Shown here: positions 60,334 through 64,000 of the stretch, piece by piece
How positions within the stretch are numbered: the stretch's first letter is position 1
How the letters are laid out: the number at the start of each line of letters is the position of its first letter
Assembly: GCA_010909165.1 (NCBI GenBank)
Contig: MU008155.1
Span: 1,612,001-1,676,000 of the forward strand
Direction: 5' to 3'
Source of the DNA: Anthoceros angustus
Taxonomy: Eukaryota; Plantae; Anthocerotophyta
DNA: 64,000 bases
Notes under the pieces: generated by a model
The model's input: the letters and a program-made list of their open reading frames with translations, nothing else
Told to the model about the DNA's origin: nothing
Databases searched by the model: none
Position numbers and translations under genes: made by a program

Positions 60334-63300
60334 CTAGGAAAGTGGGCCAACAACTCGGGCCTCCAGGAGTATGCTGCTGTGTGGCTGCAGTTCGTACAAG
60401 AGAGGACTGGTCACAGGTCGACAGCAAACACCCATCAGCACATGAACAGTTTTGTACAACCTGCAGAGTTAACACAAGGCTCAAGGCAGGAGATCACCTT
60501 CCGTCTTCCCGTTGTGTGCCCAGCGAAACCCCGTCTTGGATGAAGTTCTGGGGAAATGGAAGGTTCGTATCCGCGATTCGATGCCTGAAGTGCAGAGAGC
60601 CGTGGTCAGCCCTCCTTTGCGACGACATAGCAATGCGTTCCCCGAAAGGCCTTTCTACTTCAGGTCGCGCTTACCAAGTCATGCCTTCTGGTGGGTTGGG
60701 CAAGGTGGCAGAGGCTGCCATACTATGCGCATTGAATGCCATGTACAGATCTCCAGCTCTTGACGAAGCATTGTTCTCGGACTTCTTCGCCCGCAGACTA
60801 GCAGCAATGAAACAACTGCAACACAACAGACATCGTTAGTGACACGGCTTGTTGAGAAGTTAACACGCTATGCCATCTAAGTAGTGTCACTCTCTGTCCA
60901 ACAAACAGAGCTGATGGTCGGGTGTACCTCTCGGGAACATCCCATTGTGGCTTGTTCAGCTCAACACCATGCCACGACAACAGGCTTGGATCCACGAAGC
61001 TCTTTTGCTGGAGCGACAGCAGCAGCAGAAAAGAACTAAATTGCTCCGCAACAACTGCGTGAGACGGTACAAATGCTAGAGGAAAAATTGAAAGGTTTTG
61101 CTGTTTGTACCTTCAATACATCGTTTCGGCGTGAACGGAAAGCAACCAAAGAGGAGATTAGGTGCGTCATCTGCTGTCCAAAGTCTGCTTCTAAGGCATC
61201 CCACTGAAAGAAACATTCCCTGAAATGACAAAACAAGCCAGACAAGTCACGCAAATGAATCACTAAGCCAAAGAGGGTTGCACTTCACACGATCCCAGAG
61301 GTTCACCTACCTGTCCTGCAGAAAGGTACTGCCACCTTTCGAATATCCATACTCATCCCCCATGTTCAGAACAGGAGTTCCTTGAGCAAGAAAGAGAGCC
61401 ATAAGAAAGTTGCCCACCTGAGGTTCAAAAGTAGTCAGTTTGCGTGGGAATATAGTGAGCGACAGGCTTCAGTAACCCAGCCAGAAACAGAGCTATTACC
61501 TGCTTTACTCGTGTGTGAAGCACTTCCTGGTTACTTGTAGGACCTTCCTCGCCACAATTCCAACTATTTTCACATTAAGGTCAGCTGCATTAGTAAATTG
61601 TCTGGGGAATGACACCATTGCTTCTGAGCAATCAGACACACAGTCAAGAATCAGTGCTCACCTCAGCTCACTGTCTCCATCCTCTGCATTACTTTCATTC
61701 AAATAAAATGGAGACCGAAGAACAAACGTGATCGGTTTTCAACCGAGTTAGCCACTGAAGAACATTTACACCTTTGTAGAATGGCAGGAGCTTGCAACCA
61801 AAAACCAGAAGCTCAAAAGACTATTTTGCTGAGGGGTTGGGGCGACCTTCACCTGTAGCTAACCAAGTCAGCAAGCGTGAGCCCAAAGGAACTAGTTATA
61901 AAATTGATAGAGAAGCTGGGGCCACGACTGTTGGCGAACATATCTCCACTACAAAACCATAAGACACAAGTTTGATTACACAGTGCATTTGTTTGTGCTA
62001 AAAATGAAGTCAATGCTCAAGAGATTACTAGAATAGGAACCCCCGAAGAGAATGCAGTTCCACATAACATTCAGCTCACTGGATCAGACCATCCCTGGTA
62101 CCTGCAACATGAAGAGAAAACCTCGAAAAAATAGCACTTCCACATAACATCCAGTTCCAAGGTCAGTCCATCCCGGTTACCTGCCACATACTCTTGTCGC
62201 AAACTTGCTTAGCCTGCCTGGTTCACCTCTGATCATACGACGAACGTCATTGCGAAATTGGAAGTTCCACTCACACCACCTTCTCCAATGAGGGAATTTG
62301 GTATCCTAAGCCATAATCACCCAGTTGGCGTGTTGAAACACAATTACAGGAGGCATTCTTACACAACATCAATAAGGAAGCTCTTACCTTACAGGCACCT
62401 GAAATTGGTGAGCATGTGTCAGCAATAAGCTTGCTACCACCAAGCAGAGGCTCAAATGAGATAGCTTCCACCAACGGTGGCCTACTCAGCTCCTGTCCAT
62501 GAGGTCCTGTGACGAGTGCAGAGGCATTCACAAAACTGAAGCCATCCACATGGTACTCGTCAACCCAATGCCTGAGGCTGTCCAGTATCTAGAGTTCCAA
62601 AGTGCAAAAGGTACCCATATCAGCTTGCAAAAAAACTCTACCATACTCCACAAATCATTTAAACTTGCTGCATTGCAAACAGGTTTGATCCCATCAGGTA
62701 CCCTAAGCATAAGCAGATTAGAATACCATTCTTGTGACAATAGGATGATTACAATTTAAGCAGTTCTCTGCACCTGTGTCTGGAGTCGAAACCCTACAAG
62801 AGATAACATGCCACTCAGGAGAGGTTCAACAGAGGATGAGGATGACAAAACCAAAAGAGTACAAGAAAAATGCAAAACACCAGATACCTGCCAAATTGAT
62901 CAACGATATAATAAGTTGCATTGTCAATACCACGGAGAGAAATTCTCTTAGGTTTGTCATCGCCATTCTCTGCTGTGTGACTGTACACAACTTCAAGAAT
63001 CACCTGGCAGGGCCGAATCTAAACCTCAGCCACAGGCAGCTTACAGATGCAGCAATAAGTAGATATAAAAGCAACTCTAAGCAACAGGCGAAAGATTATT
63101 GACACCTCAATTCCCCTTCTGTGTAATTCCTTCACCATCTGCTTGAAGGACGTACTTGCTGACAGGCTGTCTCCACCAGGCCCATACAAGGGGGATGGTG
63201 CAAAAAAGCTGCGAGGACATTAACAGAGAGGAATACAGTTTTATCTCAAACTGCATATGTAGTTCTGCTGGGCAATTTTGCTCACAAGAGCTGAACCAAT

Positions 63301-64000
63301 AACGTGCCAAGCATCCAAAACGGTTCCCAGTAAGTGCAACAAACTGACACCTGATTGGATAGTAACTCCCTTGGCTCTCATCAAATGCAAAGATGGGCTG
63401 CAGAATCACGGCATTTGCTCCTGCACTTCCACATCATATTGCAGGACTAGTAAGAAAATGCTGCATTAACTTCATCCTGAAGCTCATGAGAGCTGAGCTC
63501 AACTACCTAGATGCACAAGGTGATCTGCCTTCTGGATCACTCCCATGAATGTCCCCCTTATATCATCCTCGACCTTGCTGGAAATATCAGACGTGTACCC
63601 ATGGACATTGATTTTGTGCACAACAAGCTCGTGTGGAGGTAGACTGTTTTCAACAGCAGGACAGTGTTAGACCTTCAATCTAGCTGGCAGAACATCCGTG
63701 AGTCTCTTCAGAGTCATGCAATCACTTTCAACCCACCGGGGACTAACGTCATCCTCCCAGTCAAAAGGAACAGGATGTCTGCTCAGCAGACCGAGGGCAA
63801 GAGCCGGAGAAGGCAAATTTTCTGCACAGAGCACGCGATTTGACCAATCATACCGCTGTTCTGGAACAAAAAGTGCATAGAGATTAAGACCTGCAAGAAG
63901 AGTACCTTGTCCGGGCTCAAAAGGAGCAATGTGCTTAGCGTAAGGGTCCAACAAGACGCAACGTCCATGAAAGCGATTTCCATTCTCCCAACTAGTGTCC
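60334..64000 (-). CDS. ISA2: Isoamylase 2 (non-catalytic GH13 debranching subunit), multi-exon, 5' end outside window
   Basis: LDPYAK, ILEVVYSHTAE...LRGIDNATYY, VDGFSFVNASALV...LSRPPLVEAISFEPLL (V replaces the nucleophile Asp), LIADTC, QGTPVLNMGDEYG, WHRIADTNLPFP and YELQPHSSILLEAR...*. Confidence 0.9.

Overview
This is eukaryotic nuclear DNA from a compact non-seed land-plant genome. Short introns (~90-120 bp), high gene density and a DYW:KP-like editing-factor relic point to a hornwort such as Anthoceros; this is an inference. Conserved genes, in order: SEC31 (-, 3' end outside the window), condensin II CAP-G2 (+), an intronless 3-hexulose-6-phosphate-isomerase-like gene (-), COBRA-like (-), ClpR2 (+), NhaD/NHD1 (+), three paralogous GT61-like glycosyltransferases (+), a complete but diverged RBX1 (-), a DUF7054/At4g22758-like gene (-) and a multi-intron ISA2 (-, 5' end outside the window). 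Regions ~15-22 kb, ~33.9-42.8 kb and ~45.9-53 kb hold TE debris and repeats: two Copia relics, a REL-type LINE relic, an ORF1-only LINE with a shared 3' tail, a possible hAT-bounded unit, tandem 5S-derived units, minisatellites and a possible group II intron maturase relic. The best candidate for an undescribed system is the three-gene GT61-like cluster. Its members share one intron position, an HGANLVN motif and a 4-Cys C-terminal module, and gene 1 carries an internal tandem duplication that stays in frame. Family assignments rest on remembered motifs; no database searches were run.
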